Part shown: one piece after another, positions 9,625-19,550 of the stretch
How positions within the stretch are numbered: position 1 is the stretch's first letter
Layout of the letters: the number at the start of each line of letters is the position of its first letter
Virus record (IMG/VR): IMGVR_UViG_3300025671_000003
From: an uncultured virus (IMG/VR IMGVR_UViG_3300025671_000003)
Lineage: Duplodnaviria; Heunggongvirae; Uroviricota; Caudoviricetes
DNA length: 64,000 bases
Reading direction: 5' to 3' (one strand)
The notes under the pieces: generated by a model
What the model saw: the letters and a program-made list of their open reading frames with translations, nothing else
Told to the model about the DNA's origin: nothing
Databases searched by the model: none
Position numbers and translations under genes: made by a program

Positions 9625-10583
9625 TTAATATATTATTTCATATACCTTTATATGTAGATGTACAACTATCAGGGGGAGAGAAAACGGCTCAGGATTTTGC
9701 TGAGTATCTTAAAAGTACAGGGGATTATAATGTTAGGATTATAGCAGATAGAACTAATAAAAATAGTTTTAATAATATAGATTTATATAGTGAGGATAAT
9801 ACTGATGTACCTTTACAGCATCATTATAAATGGGCTAATGTAGTTTTTACTCATTTAGGTAAACAAGGTAAAGCAGTTAACTACTCTAAAATGAATAAAG
9901 TACCTATCTGTATCTATATGCATAATACTAATGGATCAGTATTAGCTAAGGCACGTAAGGAGATAGGAGTAATTTATAACAGTTATTTTACAGAGCATAG
10001 GATAGCTGCAGATTTTACAGGTAACAAATCAGCATTAATAAGACCTATACTAAAATTAGATACATCATTTAACTCTAATGGTAAATATATTACTATGATT
10101 AATCTAAATGAGAATAAAGGAGGGTTATTATTAAAACAGATAGCAGAGAGCCTACCTGAGTATGATTTTTTAGCTATTACAGGGGGTTATGCTAAACAGT
10201 TTACCCATCAGCCTAAAAATGTAAAGGTACTACCTCAGCAGGAGGATATGAGTAAAGTGTATAAGGATACTAAATTACTTATTATGCCATCTAATTATGA
10301 GAGCTATGGACGTACTGCAGCAGAGAGTATAGGTTATGGGATACCTGTACTATACTCAGATACTAATACAGCATTAGAGGAGGTAGTAGGTAATGCAGGA
10401 GAGCCTGTAAAAGATAGGAATAATATTAACTCATGGGTTAAAGGTATTAGATGGATAGATAATAATATTGATCATTATAGAGGTAGGGCAATTAATCAAA
10501 GGCTATTTTTATTACAACAAATAGAGAGAGATAAAGACAATTTTAAAGCCTTTATTAAAAACCTTATCTTTGATAAAAAATAA
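9621..10583 (+). CDS. GT4/GT-B glycosyltransferase
   Basis: SGGE, NKGG, MPSNYESYGRTAAE (Ex7E), GIPV. Confidence 0.9.
   Translation: MINILFHIPLYVDVQLSGGEKTAQDFAEYLKSTGDYNVRIIADRTNKNSFNNIDLYSEDNTDVPLQHHYKWANVVFTHLGKQGKAVNYSKMNKVPICIYMHNTNGSVLAKARKEIGVIYNSYFTEHRIAADFTGNKSALIRPILKLDTSFNSNGKYITMINLNENKGGLLLKQIAESLPEYDFLAITGGYAKQFTHQPKNVKVLPQQEDMSKVYKDTKLLIMPSNYESYGRTAAESIGYGIPVLYSDTNTALEEVVGNAGEPVKDRNNINSWVKGIRWIDNNIDHYRGRAINQRLFLLQQIERDKDNFKAFIKNLIFDKK
10565..10572 (+). promoter_or_regulatory. TAnnTTTG element restarting the structural operon
   Basis: TATCTTTG at the end of the GT4 gene. Confidence 0.5.
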
Positions 10584-10589
10584 TATAAG

Positions 10590-10838
10590 ATGGCAAATAA
10601 TAAAATAGAAGTAACTTTTTTTAAACCTACATCAGTAGATAGTAAATTTTATAAAGCAGGAGATACTGCATTTATACCTGAAAATGCTGCAAAAGTATAT
10701 GAGGGTAAAAGGCTATCTATAGGTAAAGTAGTACCTAAAAAAGTAACTAAAAAGGCAGAGCCTAAAGCTGAGCCTATAAAACCTAAAACTAAAACAAATG
10801 TTAGTAAAACTAAAAACGGACTTAGTACAAAAAAATAG
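10590..10838 (+). CDS. Small Lys-rich head-module protein
   Basis: ORF; position before the head-tail adaptor. Confidence 0.6.
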   Translation: MANNKIEVTFFKPTSVDSKFYKAGDTAFIPENAAKVYEGKRLSIGKVVPKKVTKKAEPKAEPIKPKTKTNVSKTKNGLSTKK

Positions 10839-10998
10839 TGTAGCTAAAGCAGGGGATAAAGTAGATATATCTGAGGCTCAGGCTAAATATTTAATCTCAA
10901 TAGGGAGGGCTGAGGCTATTACTGTTAAGGTTAAAGAGGAGAAAACTGAGAAAAAAACAAAACAATTAAAAACTAATAAGGATACTAAAGATGCCTAA
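10798..10998 (+). CDS. Small head-module protein (KAGD...A.YLI..G.A type)
   Basis: Motif typical of small post-capsid proteins. Confidence 0.6.
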   Translation: MLVKLKTDLVQKNSVAKAGDKVDISEAQAKYLISIGRAEAITVKVKEEKTEKKTKQLKTNKDTKDA

Positions 10999-11602
10999 TT
11001 TTAATGTAAATACTTTCCATGAAATATCTGTTACCTCTGCTCCTGTTAATCCTGTAGTAAGTACTGCAGATATGAAAACTTTTTTGGAGGTAGGCTATGC
11101 TACAGATGATACATTAATAGCTGCTTTTGTAACTACTGCTACTAAATTAATAGAGGAGTATCTAAATAGGGCTTTAATTAGTCAAACTTTAAAAGTATTT
11201 TATAAAAGCTACTCAGGTTTAGTAGATTTACCTCATGCTCCTATACAGTCAGTTACTACTGTAGAGCAGATTAGTTATGATAATAACTCTACTACTTTAA
11301 CAGTTAATAATGATTATTATGTTAAGGGTATTAATGATAAATATATAGAGTTTGCAGGGAATACATATTTACCTGCAGGGCATACAGTAAGAGATATATT
11401 AAATGATTATCAATTACAGGTAACTTATGTAGCAGGTTATGGGGATGATAGTACTGATATACCTGAGCCTATTATAGATGCAGTTAAAAGGGTAGTTTTA
11501 AGGTTATATGATTATAGAGATACAGGTATGAGTATTACAGATAACTTAATACCTAATGATGCTAAAATATTGTTAGAGCCTTATAAAAACATTAAATTAT
11601 AA
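10991..11602 (+). CDS. Head-tail adaptor (gp6/gp15-like)
   Basis: DDTLI, EEYLNRALISQT, VTYVAGYG, LLEPYK. Confidence 0.88.
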   Translation: MPNFNVNTFHEISVTSAPVNPVVSTADMKTFLEVGYATDDTLIAAFVTTATKLIEEYLNRALISQTLKVFYKSYSGLVDLPHAPIQSVTTVEQISYDNNSTTLTVNNDYYVKGINDKYIEFAGNTYLPAGHTVRDILNDYQLQVTYVAGYGDDSTDIPEPIIDAVKRVVLRLYDYRDTGMSITDNLIPNDAKILLEPYKNIKL

Positions 11603-11925
11603 TGGGTAGAAAGCATAGAGAATTTATTACTTTAAAACAGTTATCTACTACATCTGATGGTAAAGGAGGTTTTACATCCTCAGATACTACTATAGGCACT
11701 TTTAGGGCTGAGGTTAAAAACCTATCAGCTAATGGGGTTACTGAGGAGGGTAGAGAATATCTACAGGATGCAGTAAGTTTTAAATTTAGATTTAAGGAGT
11801 TTACTATAACAGATATAGATGATTTTACTTTAACATGGGATAGTAAAGTATATAAAATTAACTCAGTTGAAAATTGGCAGGAGAGGGATCAGTATTTAAT
11901 AATTATTGCTACTAATGAAAGTTAA
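11602..11925 (+). CDS. Head closure/stopper (SPP1 gp16-like)
   Basis: DGKGG motif, size, position. Confidence 0.8.
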   Translation: MGRKHREFITLKQLSTTSDGKGGFTSSDTTIGTFRAEVKNLSANGVTEEGREYLQDAVSFKFRFKEFTITDIDDFTLTWDSKVYKINSVENWQERDQYLIIIATNES

Positions 11926-12418
11926 AATAGGTATTAATAAAGCATCTCAAAAAAAGTTAGCCCAAAAAATACAGGGTTATAAGGATGAGGTATTAAAACC
12001 TATTGCAGATGCCAATGAGATAACTACAAGGAGTATAATAAGAGATGCAAGGAGAAACCTAAAAGTAAATGGTACTGATAATACAGGAGGGTTAAGGAAT
12101 AGCATGAAAAAGGTAGGTACTCAGGATAATGGGTTAATACATGAGATAGCTCCTACAGTACATTATGCATTAGATATAGAGGAGGGTACTCCTCCTCATA
12201 AAATAGCATCAGGAGAGTATGGGGATTTATCAGATTGGGTTAGAAAAAAGTTAGGAGTATCAGGTAATGAGGTAGGTAGAGCTACATACTATGTTAGTAA
12301 AAAGATAGCAGAGGAGGGTACAGATGCTCAGCCATTTTGGTTTAATGCTATAGCTCTAAATGAGGATAAGCATATAAGAAATATTAAAAGAGAATTAAAG
12401 AAATTTTTTAAAAAATGA
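11915..12418 (+). CDS. HK97 gp10-like tail completion protein
   Basis: TGGLRNS, YALDIEEGT, AQPF. Confidence 0.85.
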   Translation: MKVKIGINKASQKKLAQKIQGYKDEVLKPIADANEITTRSIIRDARRNLKVNGTDNTGGLRNSMKKVGTQDNGLIHEIAPTVHYALDIEEGTPPHKIASGEYGDLSDWVRKKLGVSGNEVGRATYYVSKKIAEEGTDAQPFWFNAIALNEDKHIRNIKRELKKFFKK

Positions 12419-14217
12419 TAGATAGCTATAATGAATTAAGGGAGGAGTATTATACAGCTTTACAGGGTAGTATAACATTAAATGCTACTACTGTTAATGT
12501 ATATGATGTAGTAAAGGCTGATGAGGATACTCCATTTATATACTTTGCTGATTTTGATTTTAAAGAGGATAGCTGTAAAGATAATTTTAATGGGGTAGCT
12601 ACTATTACATTAATGGTTATTACTAAATATACTAATGCTGTAGGAGGCTCTGCAGATAGTGATAATATAGGTAGCCAAATATTAAAATTGTTACATAATG
12701 ATACCTATTTTACATCAGATAACTTTAGGGTAGTAACTAATAGGCTTTTAGATAATAGTACAGATAAAGTACCTACTAAAACAGGTACGAGAATAGTTAA
12801 AACTATAGTATTAGAGCATTATTTAGCTCAAATATCAGGAGATTTAACAAGGATAACAGATTTAGCTGCATCAGATAATGGTACTACTCAGATAGATTTA
12901 ACATGGAGTAGGGTAACAGGTAATGCAGGTTATAGGGTAGAATATACTAATAATATAGATAATGGATGGAGTTTATTAGTAACTAATGCTACAGATACAG
13001 AGAGTTATAGCCATACAGGAGTAACTACAGATTTAATATATTATTATAGGGTAAGGGCTTTTGATAGTTCGGGAGGCTCAGGATGGAGTAATATAGTAGC
13101 AGAGAGAACACAAATCACAGGTATCTGCTCTGATGCTACAGTAGAAAACTCAAATTTATCCTATACTAATACTGTAGGTAGTGGGGATACATTAGTATTA
13201 CCCGATATAGATATTACTAATATTTTAGGTACAACAACCTCATATCCATCTGTTATAGATATAGATTTAAGAGTTTCTCCAACTAATACGGTTGCTCCTT
13301 TAGTGAGTGGTAATGCTTATCAAAATCAAACATTAACAACAACAAACGGAACTTGGATAACACACGCAACAACAACTTATACTTATCAATGGAAAAGGGA
13401 TGGGGTTTCTATTGGTGGCGAAACTAATAGCACTTATTTAACAACATTAACAGATATAGGAACATCAATAACTTGTGAAGTAACAGCTACTAATACAGTA
13501 GGAGCTACATCTTCAACATCCAATGGTATTTCGGTAGAATTTAATCCTTTATCAATAACAGATTTAAAGTTATATATTCCTAAAAATACGGCTTTGCGTT
13601 CTTTGTCTTTAGATAAAAGCCCAAATGCTTTTGAATTTGCACAATCAACACAAGCATTTAAGCCAATAATAGCTACAAGTTATGTTAATTTTAATGGTAC
13701 AAATGGATTTCAAAATGCAGTTGGAAGTGATTTATTAAATCATACAAGTGGATATTTTTTTTATAATGGTTATTTTGATGGTACAGCTCAAAGTTTTATT
13801 ACAAGTGCCGACAGTTCAATAGATACCACTTATATAATTTTTGGTATTAATTCAAATGGTACTATTTATATTCAAGTAAATATTGCAGCGAATAATAGAA
13901 AAATACAAAGTACAAACGCAGTTGTAAGTGGATCTAATTTTAGATGTTGGTTTAAATGGAATAATAGTGGTAGTCCTTACGTTATAAACTTAAACGGCAA
14001 TACAGAAACAAATGTTGTGTTTACAGGGACTGATGATGGAAAAGGTTTTGGACACATAACAGGCAGGGATAATTTAACATTAGGAAGTTTACAGAGATTA
14101 AGTGCTGTTTACAATTCACAAAGCTACAATAAAATATTAGTATCAAGTTCATCAAGTTTGAGTGCTTCTGAATTGTCAGCAATAGACACATTTATGAGTG
14201 TAACAACAAACTATTAA
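12415..14217 (+). CDS. Tail terminator (DUF3168-like) fused to FN3, Ig-like and LamG/ConA-like domains
   Basis: N-terminal VYD..PFI at the terminator position; FN3 (IDLTW...YYYRVRA); Ig (YTYQW...ITCEVTATN); C-terminus homologous to 56327..57034. Confidence 0.75.
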   Translation: MIDSYNELREEYYTALQGSITLNATTVNVYDVVKADEDTPFIYFADFDFKEDSCKDNFNGVATITLMVITKYTNAVGGSADSDNIGSQILKLLHNDTYFTSDNFRVVTNRLLDNSTDKVPTKTGTRIVKTIVLEHYLAQISGDLTRITDLAASDNGTTQIDLTWSRVTGNAGYRVEYTNNIDNGWSLLVTNATDTESYSHTGVTTDLIYYYRVRAFDSSGGSGWSNIVAERTQITGICSDATVENSNLSYTNTVGSGDTLVLPDIDITNILGTTTSYPSVIDIDLRVSPTNTVAPLVSGNAYQNQTLTTTNGTWITHATTTYTYQWKRDGVSIGGETNSTYLTTLTDIGTSITCEVTATNTVGATSSTSNGISVEFNPLSITDLKLYIPKNTALRSLSLDKSPNAFEFAQSTQAFKPIIATSYVNFNGTNGFQNAVGSDLLNHTSGYFFYNGYFDGTAQSFITSADSSIDTTYIIFGINSNGTIYIQVNIAANNRKIQSTNAVVSGSNFRCWFKWNNSGSPYVINLNGNTETNVVFTGTDDGKGFGHITGRDNLTLGSLQRLSAVYNSQSYNKILVSSSSSLSASELSAIDTFMSVTTNY

Positions 14218-14219
14218 AA

Positions 14220-14255
14220 ATGAAAGCAATTATATTAATAACACATTTTAGTTAA
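14220..14255 (+). pseudogene. Remnant of an MKAIIF... gene (intact homolog at 57036)
   Basis: ATGAAAGCAATTATATT shared, then an early stop. Confidence 0.6.
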
Positions 14256-14278
14256 TTTTATAGTTAACTATTATTAAG

Positions 14279-14286
14279 TATCTTTG
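14279..14286 (+). promoter_or_regulatory. TAnnTTTG element before the tail tube gene
   Basis: TATCTTTG, intergenic. Confidence 0.55.
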
Positions 14287-14319
14287 TTATCTAAATTAAA
14301 AAACTAAAATAATAAAATT

Positions 14320-14730
14320 ATGGCAACAGCAGGAGTATTTGATGGCAGGTTACTAAGAATTAAAATTGATGGTAATACTGTAGCATGTGCAAAAGAATGT
14401 ACATTAAACATAGATCAGGATTTACCTGATGCAACTTGTAAAGATGATGCAGGATGGAATAACCATATTAATGGGCAAAAATCATGGAGTTTAGATGTAT
14501 CTGCTCTAACTGATTTTAGTGCTACTATAGGGGTATCTGATTTAGGTACAGCTTTAATTAATGGTACTAATGTTACTGTATTATTTACTACAGGAGTATC
14601 AGGGGATACAGAGTGGACAGGTACAGCAGATATATCTAATATATCTATTACTGCATCTAATGGAGCAGTATCAGAGTACTCAGGTACTATTAATGGTAAA
14701 GGTGCTTTAACTCAATCAGCAGTATCATAA
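14320..14730 (+). CDS. Major tail tube protein (TP901-1-like)
   Basis: DATCKD..GW...GQKSWS, GKGALT. Confidence 0.88.
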   Translation: MATAGVFDGRLLRIKIDGNTVACAKECTLNIDQDLPDATCKDDAGWNNHINGQKSWSLDVSALTDFSATIGVSDLGTALINGTNVTVLFTTGVSGDTEWTGTADISNISITASNGAVSEYSGTINGKGALTQSAVS

Positions 14731-14755
14731 ATTATTAATTAAATTTCTTGACATT

Positions 14756-15124
14756 ATGGCAATTAAAGAAACAACATTTATAGAGTTAGGAGGTAAAAAA
14801 CTACCTATTAAAATGGGTATAAATACTACTGCTCTATATTTAGAACTAAAGGGGGTAGATATGCCTCAGTACTATAAAGATATATTACAACTAATTCAGG
14901 TAGGTAATATGATAGTATTGAGAGATATTTTATACTGTTCTATTAAAGATGGCTGCAGGGTAGAAAAGCAGGAGTTTACAGAGGATAATATATGGGTAGG
15001 AGATATGATGGATGAGATGGATGCAGGGCAGTTAAAAAAGTTTTTATTAGAGGTATATCAATCCTTACCTAAATCAGATGATAAAACTGATGAGGAGGGA
15101 GATGAAAAAAAAAAGGCTCAGTAG
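14756..15124 (+). CDS. Tail assembly chaperone (gpG-like)
   Basis: Between tail tube and tape measure; slippery run at the 3' end. Confidence 0.8.
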   Translation: MAIKETTFIELGGKKLPIKMGINTTALYLELKGVDMPQYYKDILQLIQVGNMIVLRDILYCSIKDGCRVEKQEFTEDNIWVGDMMDEMDAGQLKKFLLEVYQSLPKSDDKTDEEGDEKKKAQ

Positions 15125-15447
15125 AGGTAACATTTAAGCAATTAAAAAAGCTATCCATTAAAATGGGATTTAGTCTGCCTGAGTTTTACAATATGACTTG
15201 GGCAGATTTTTTTATATATCAGGAGGTATATAATGAAACAGAGCAGGAGAGGTTACATTTATGGAGGTTAGATTTTACTCAAAGAAATAATTTAGCTGCT
15301 CATAAACAAAGCCAAACTATAAAGCCTCAGGATGTAATAAGGTTACCAATGGATGAAATAAAGAAAACAGGAAAGGGCATGACATTTACAGAGTTTAGGG
15401 AATTAATGAGAGAGAAAGGAGAGTATAATAATAAATGGAGTAATTAA
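15106..15447 (+). CDS. gpT-like -1 frameshift extension of the chaperone
   Basis: A AAA AAG at 15109-15115; -1 frame open from 15106; EFYNMT motif. Confidence 0.75.
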   Translation, partial: KKKGSVEVTFKQLKKLSIKMGFSLPEFYNMTWADFFIYQEVYNETEQERLHLWRLDFTQRNNLAAHKQSQTIKPQDVIRLPMDEIKKTGKGMTFTEFRELMREKGEYNNKWSN

Positions 15448-15455
15448 GTAAAAAC

Positions 15456-17267
15456 ATGGCTCAAACAATAGAAAAATTAATAGTAGAGGTAGGGGCAGAG
15501 ATTAAAGACCTTAAAAGAAAGGTAAAACAGATTAATTCAGAGATAGGCTCAGTAGATAAATCTGTAAAGAAAAATGCTGATAGTTGGGGTACACTACAGA
15601 AAGGTATAGGGGTAGCTATGGCAGTAGCTCCTGTTATTGCTTTTGGTAAAAGTATAGTAAACACTATAGCAGAATTTCAAAAGATGGAGGCTGTATTAAC
15701 TACTACATTAGGTAGTTCATCTGCAGCACAATCATCTATGAGGATGTTAACAGATTTTGCATCTAAAACACCTTTTCAAGTAAAGGAGCTAACTGATAGT
15801 TTTGTAAAGTTAGCTAATCAGGGCTTTAAACCTACAAGGGATGAGATGGGTAAGTTAGGGGATTTAGCAGCCTCTACAGGTAAATCATTCGACCAATTAG
15901 CAGAGGGGATTATAGATGCTCAAACAGGAGAGTTTGAAAGGTTAAAAGAATTTGGTATTAGGGCATCTAAGCAAGGAGATAAAGTAGCATTTACCTTTAA
16001 AGGGGTTACTACAGAGGTTAAAAATACATCAGAGAGCATAAGGGGATATATAACAGATTTAGGTAATGCTGAGGGAGTATCAGGCTCTATGGCAGCTATA
16101 TCAGAAACTTTGACAGGTAAATTTTCTAATATGGAGGATGCCTATGATCAATTTGCTTTATCATTAGATAGTAATAATGGTATAGTAACTAAATCAGTAT
16201 CAGCAGTAGTAGATGGGATTAATGAGCTATTAGGAACTATTACAGATATTAATAACTCTGATTTATCATGGTGGAAACAAATCGCAGCATTTTCACAACC
16301 TACAGTAAAAGGTATTATAGATGTACAAAATGCAGCTAATAGATTAGTAAATAGCTCAAAGGATTTTAAAACTTTACAAAAAAATAGTATAACAGCATTA
16401 AAAGTATTAAAGGCTCAGTTAAAGGAGGGGGTAATAACTTATGATGAATATTTAGCAGCAGGTAAAAGATTAACTACTACAATTAAGAGTACTACAGCCT
16501 CATTAAAAGAAGAAACTAAGGAGGTAGTAAAAAGTAATTCAGCATATAGTAGTAGGATAGCAAATATAGATAAAGTAGAAAGTAAAACAAATGGGCTAAA
16601 GGATGCTATTGATAGTATTGCTACTACTCCTATTAATTTAGAATTAAAAGGGATAGAGCAGTTAGGGGCTACTTTAGAAACTGAAAAAGATCCTGTAAGT
16701 GAATGGATAGATAGGCAAATACAGGCAGCAGAGGTAGGAGGAGAAATGTTAACAGGTGCTTTAAATGAGGTTATTAGCTCATCATTCGTTATGATGGGGG
16801 AGGCTTTAGGGGAGATGATGGCAGGAGGAGATGTAATTAATATAGGCTCTGCTTTTGTTGACCAACTTAGCAGTATTGTAAAAGGTATAGGAGGGCAATT
16901 AATAGCATTAGGTACATCTTTATTAGCTGTTAAAATTGCTCTAAAATCAGGAATATTTACAAATCCTGCAGCATTAATAGGTGGTGGGGTAGCCCTTGTA
17001 GCTATTGGAGCAGCAATGAAAAGCGTATTAACATCTCAGGAGGCTCCTCAGATGGCTAATGGAGGTTTAGCATTTGGAGAAAGTTTAGTAAATGTAGGAG
17101 AGGGTAGAGGTACATCCTTAACTAATCCTGAGGTTATTGCTCCATTAGATAAGTTAAAACAATTTATGCAACCTCAGGGAATGGGGGCAGGTATGGTTAC
17201 TTTTGAGATAGAGGCAGATAGATTAGTAGGAGTTATGGGGAGATATAATAAACAACAAAATTATTAA
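15456..17267 (+). CDS. Tape measure protein
   Basis: FASKTPF, LGDLAA, ERLKEFGI, MANGG...VGE...PEVIAPL. Confidence 0.92.
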   Translation: MAQTIEKLIVEVGAEIKDLKRKVKQINSEIGSVDKSVKKNADSWGTLQKGIGVAMAVAPVIAFGKSIVNTIAEFQKMEAVLTTTLGSSSAAQSSMRMLTDFASKTPFQVKELTDSFVKLANQGFKPTRDEMGKLGDLAASTGKSFDQLAEGIIDAQTGEFERLKEFGIRASKQGDKVAFTFKGVTTEVKNTSESIRGYITDLGNAEGVSGSMAAISETLTGKFSNMEDAYDQFALSLDSNNGIVTKSVSAVVDGINELLGTITDINNSDLSWWKQIAAFSQPTVKGIIDVQNAANRLVNSSKDFKTLQKNSITALKVLKAQLKEGVITYDEYLAAGKRLTTTIKSTTASLKEETKEVVKSNSAYSSRIANIDKVESKTNGLKDAIDSIATTPINLELKGIEQLGATLETEKDPVSEWIDRQIQAAEVGGEMLTGALNEVISSSFVMMGEALGEMMAGGDVINIGSAFVDQLSSIVKGIGGQLIALGTSLLAVKIALKSGIFTNPAALIGGGVALVAIGAAMKSVLTSQEAPQMANGGLAFGESLVNVGEGRGTSLTNPEVIAPLDKLKQFMQPQGMGAGMVTFEIEADRLVGVMGRYNKQQNY

Positions 17268-17270
17268 TAG

Positions 17271-19550
17271 ATGGCATACGGTTTAAAATATCAAACAGAT
17301 TTTAAAACTACTCAAAAGGATATTGATATAACTTGGAGGTTAAATATATATTTAGAGGGTTATGTAGGTAGTACCTCAGAGATGGAGTTAGGTGGTAAAC
17401 CTGTAGAGATTAAATGGAAAAATGCAGACCAATTTGAGCCTATTAGGAATAGTACAGCTACAGTTAATATATGGAATGAAACAGAGGGGCAATACTCAGA
17501 GTTTTTAACAGCATCTTATGGGGATTATATGATGACTTTGGTTAGAAACCCTGCTACAGATAATCAAATAGTATGGAGGGGTTACAATCAATCAGAGATA
17601 GCTACAGAGCCTTTTACTACTCCTCCATATAATAGCTCTATACAGTTTACAGATGGATTAAGCCATTTAAAATATGTTAGATTTGAGGATACAGGTGTGG
17701 GTACTTTATATACAGGGCAAAAATCTGTAATAGAGGTATTAAGGTTATGTCTTAACCAATTAGATAACCCATTAGGCATTAGAGAGTCTGTTAATGTATA
17801 TGAGGATAATCATAATAGTGCTACTACAGATAGCCCATTAAATCAAACATTTGTAGATAGTGCTTTATATAAAGAAATTAAAAAGAAAGGTAGCCAAAAT
17901 GAGGATGTTGGATGGTTTTGTAATAAGGTTATAAAAGAAATATTAAGACCTTTTAAAGCTCATATATATTTATATAACGATATGTGGCATATAGTAAGGG
18001 TACAGGAGTATGAGGGTACTACTTTATTATATAGGGATTTTAATGCTAATGTAGGTACTGAGAGTACTATAACTGTAGATGCTACAGGTAGCTATACATC
18101 AGGTTATACTATAACAGGAGTAGATAAAGATAATGTTAATGAGTTAGCATTTATAGGGGCTGATATGGAAAAGGAGATAGTTGTACCATTAAATAGAGTG
18201 GAGTTAACTTTTAAATCTAATACTATGGATTTTGAGGGGTATAACTTTATTAGAAATGGTACATTTGAAAGAATAACATTTAATCCTGTACCTACTCCTG
18301 CAGCTACTTATTCAGGCTTCCCTACTTTATGGAGTGAAAGTGGAGGGGCTGATACTTATAATTATCAGGCTCTTAGTAGTGATCAGAATTTTGCAGCTCA
18401 GAGTACATACGATTATCAATCTCAAAGTAATAAAAACCTTTTTACATTTGAGCCTATAGAACAGGCTACAGCATCAGCAATAGATACAGACTTATATATA
18501 CAATATGAGTACCCATCAGTACCTACATCTACTACAGATAAAGTTAGATTTGAGTTTTATACTTATGCGAGAGTTGACATGGATAGTTTATCATGGAATA
18601 ATATGCCTAATAACTATTTAATGAGTGGGCTTACTATAACCTATGAGCTATATATACAGTTAGGTACTTATTATTTAGTAGGGGATAATATAGCAGGATA
18701 TACATGGAGTACTACAGCAGGTAGATGTAAATATATATCTAATGGAGGGTTTAACAGTATTAATACATCTGCTAATAATACTAATTTTAGTGCTGTATCA
18801 TGGAGTAAAAAACTAATTAAAATAGAAACTCCTAACCTACCTCAAAATGGAGTATATAGTTTTACTTTTAGGTATTACAGACCATACCATGATATAGTAG
18901 CTTATGATAGTACCTCATCTATAGATATAGATTTAGGCTTTTTAAAATCCTCTTTATTTGGTGGTTTTTATATACCTGCTAATAATGTTATAGTAGATGA
19001 TGAGATAATATATAGTGAGATAGATGAGGATGAGGAGGTATATAAAGAAACTTTTTTTCATGCTGATGGTAATAGTATATTATCTCAAAACTCATTTAGG
19101 TTATCTGATACAAGTTTAACCGATAGTTGGCAAAGGAGAGGTAAAACAGAGGCTTATAGTATAATGAGAATAGCTATTGAAACTTTTAAGGATTTGAGAG
19201 GGGATTTTATTGATGGAGTTAGCTGTAAATTAGTAGGAGATATAGCGTTTTATAATGCTTTAACTTATGAGGTAGCATCTGTTACTACAAGATACCAACA
19301 AAATAACATTAAATGGGATGTATCTAATATGGTATATGATGTAGAGTTATTAGAGTTAGATGATTTTACAACTATAACACCTACAATAAGTACATCATAT
19401 AATGTATTAACTCATAATGCTAATGAGGGTACTATAGGAGGCTCAGCCCCTTATAATCCAAATAATAATAGTAGTAGCTCATCTAATTTAATAGTACAGC
19501 CATCTACTACAGTAAATACTAATCAAACTAACATAACAAATTATCCATAA
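17271..19550 (+). CDS. Tail tip/baseplate hub protein
   Basis: Follows the tape measure gene; MAYGLKY, WRGY, DGLSHLK. Confidence 0.7.
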   Translation: MAYGLKYQTDFKTTQKDIDITWRLNIYLEGYVGSTSEMELGGKPVEIKWKNADQFEPIRNSTATVNIWNETEGQYSEFLTASYGDYMMTLVRNPATDNQIVWRGYNQSEIATEPFTTPPYNSSIQFTDGLSHLKYVRFEDTGVGTLYTGQKSVIEVLRLCLNQLDNPLGIRESVNVYEDNHNSATTDSPLNQTFVDSALYKEIKKKGSQNEDVGWFCNKVIKEILRPFKAHIYLYNDMWHIVRVQEYEGTTLLYRDFNANVGTESTITVDATGSYTSGYTITGVDKDNVNELAFIGADMEKEIVVPLNRVELTFKSNTMDFEGYNFIRNGTFERITFNPVPTPAATYSGFPTLWSESGGADTYNYQALSSDQNFAAQSTYDYQSQSNKNLFTFEPIEQATASAIDTDLYIQYEYPSVPTSTTDKVRFEFYTYARVDMDSLSWNNMPNNYLMSGLTITYELYIQLGTYYLVGDNIAGYTWSTTAGRCKYISNGGFNSINTSANNTNFSAVSWSKKLIKIETPNLPQNGVYSFTFRYYRPYHDIVAYDSTSSIDIDLGFLKSSLFGGFYIPANNVIVDDEIIYSEIDEDEEVYKETFFHADGNSILSQNSFRLSDTSLTDSWQRRGKTEAYSIMRIAIETFKDLRGDFIDGVSCKLVGDIAFYNALTYEVASVTTRYQQNNIKWDVSNMVYDVELLELDDFTTITPTISTSYNVLTHNANEGTIGGSAPYNPNNNSSSSSNLIVQPSTTVNTNQTNITNYP

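Noticed and set aside
6506..10583. Classical gtrABC serotype-conversion locus
   Set aside because: No GtrA flippase or polytopic GtrC-like membrane protein, and no sign of lysogeny genes
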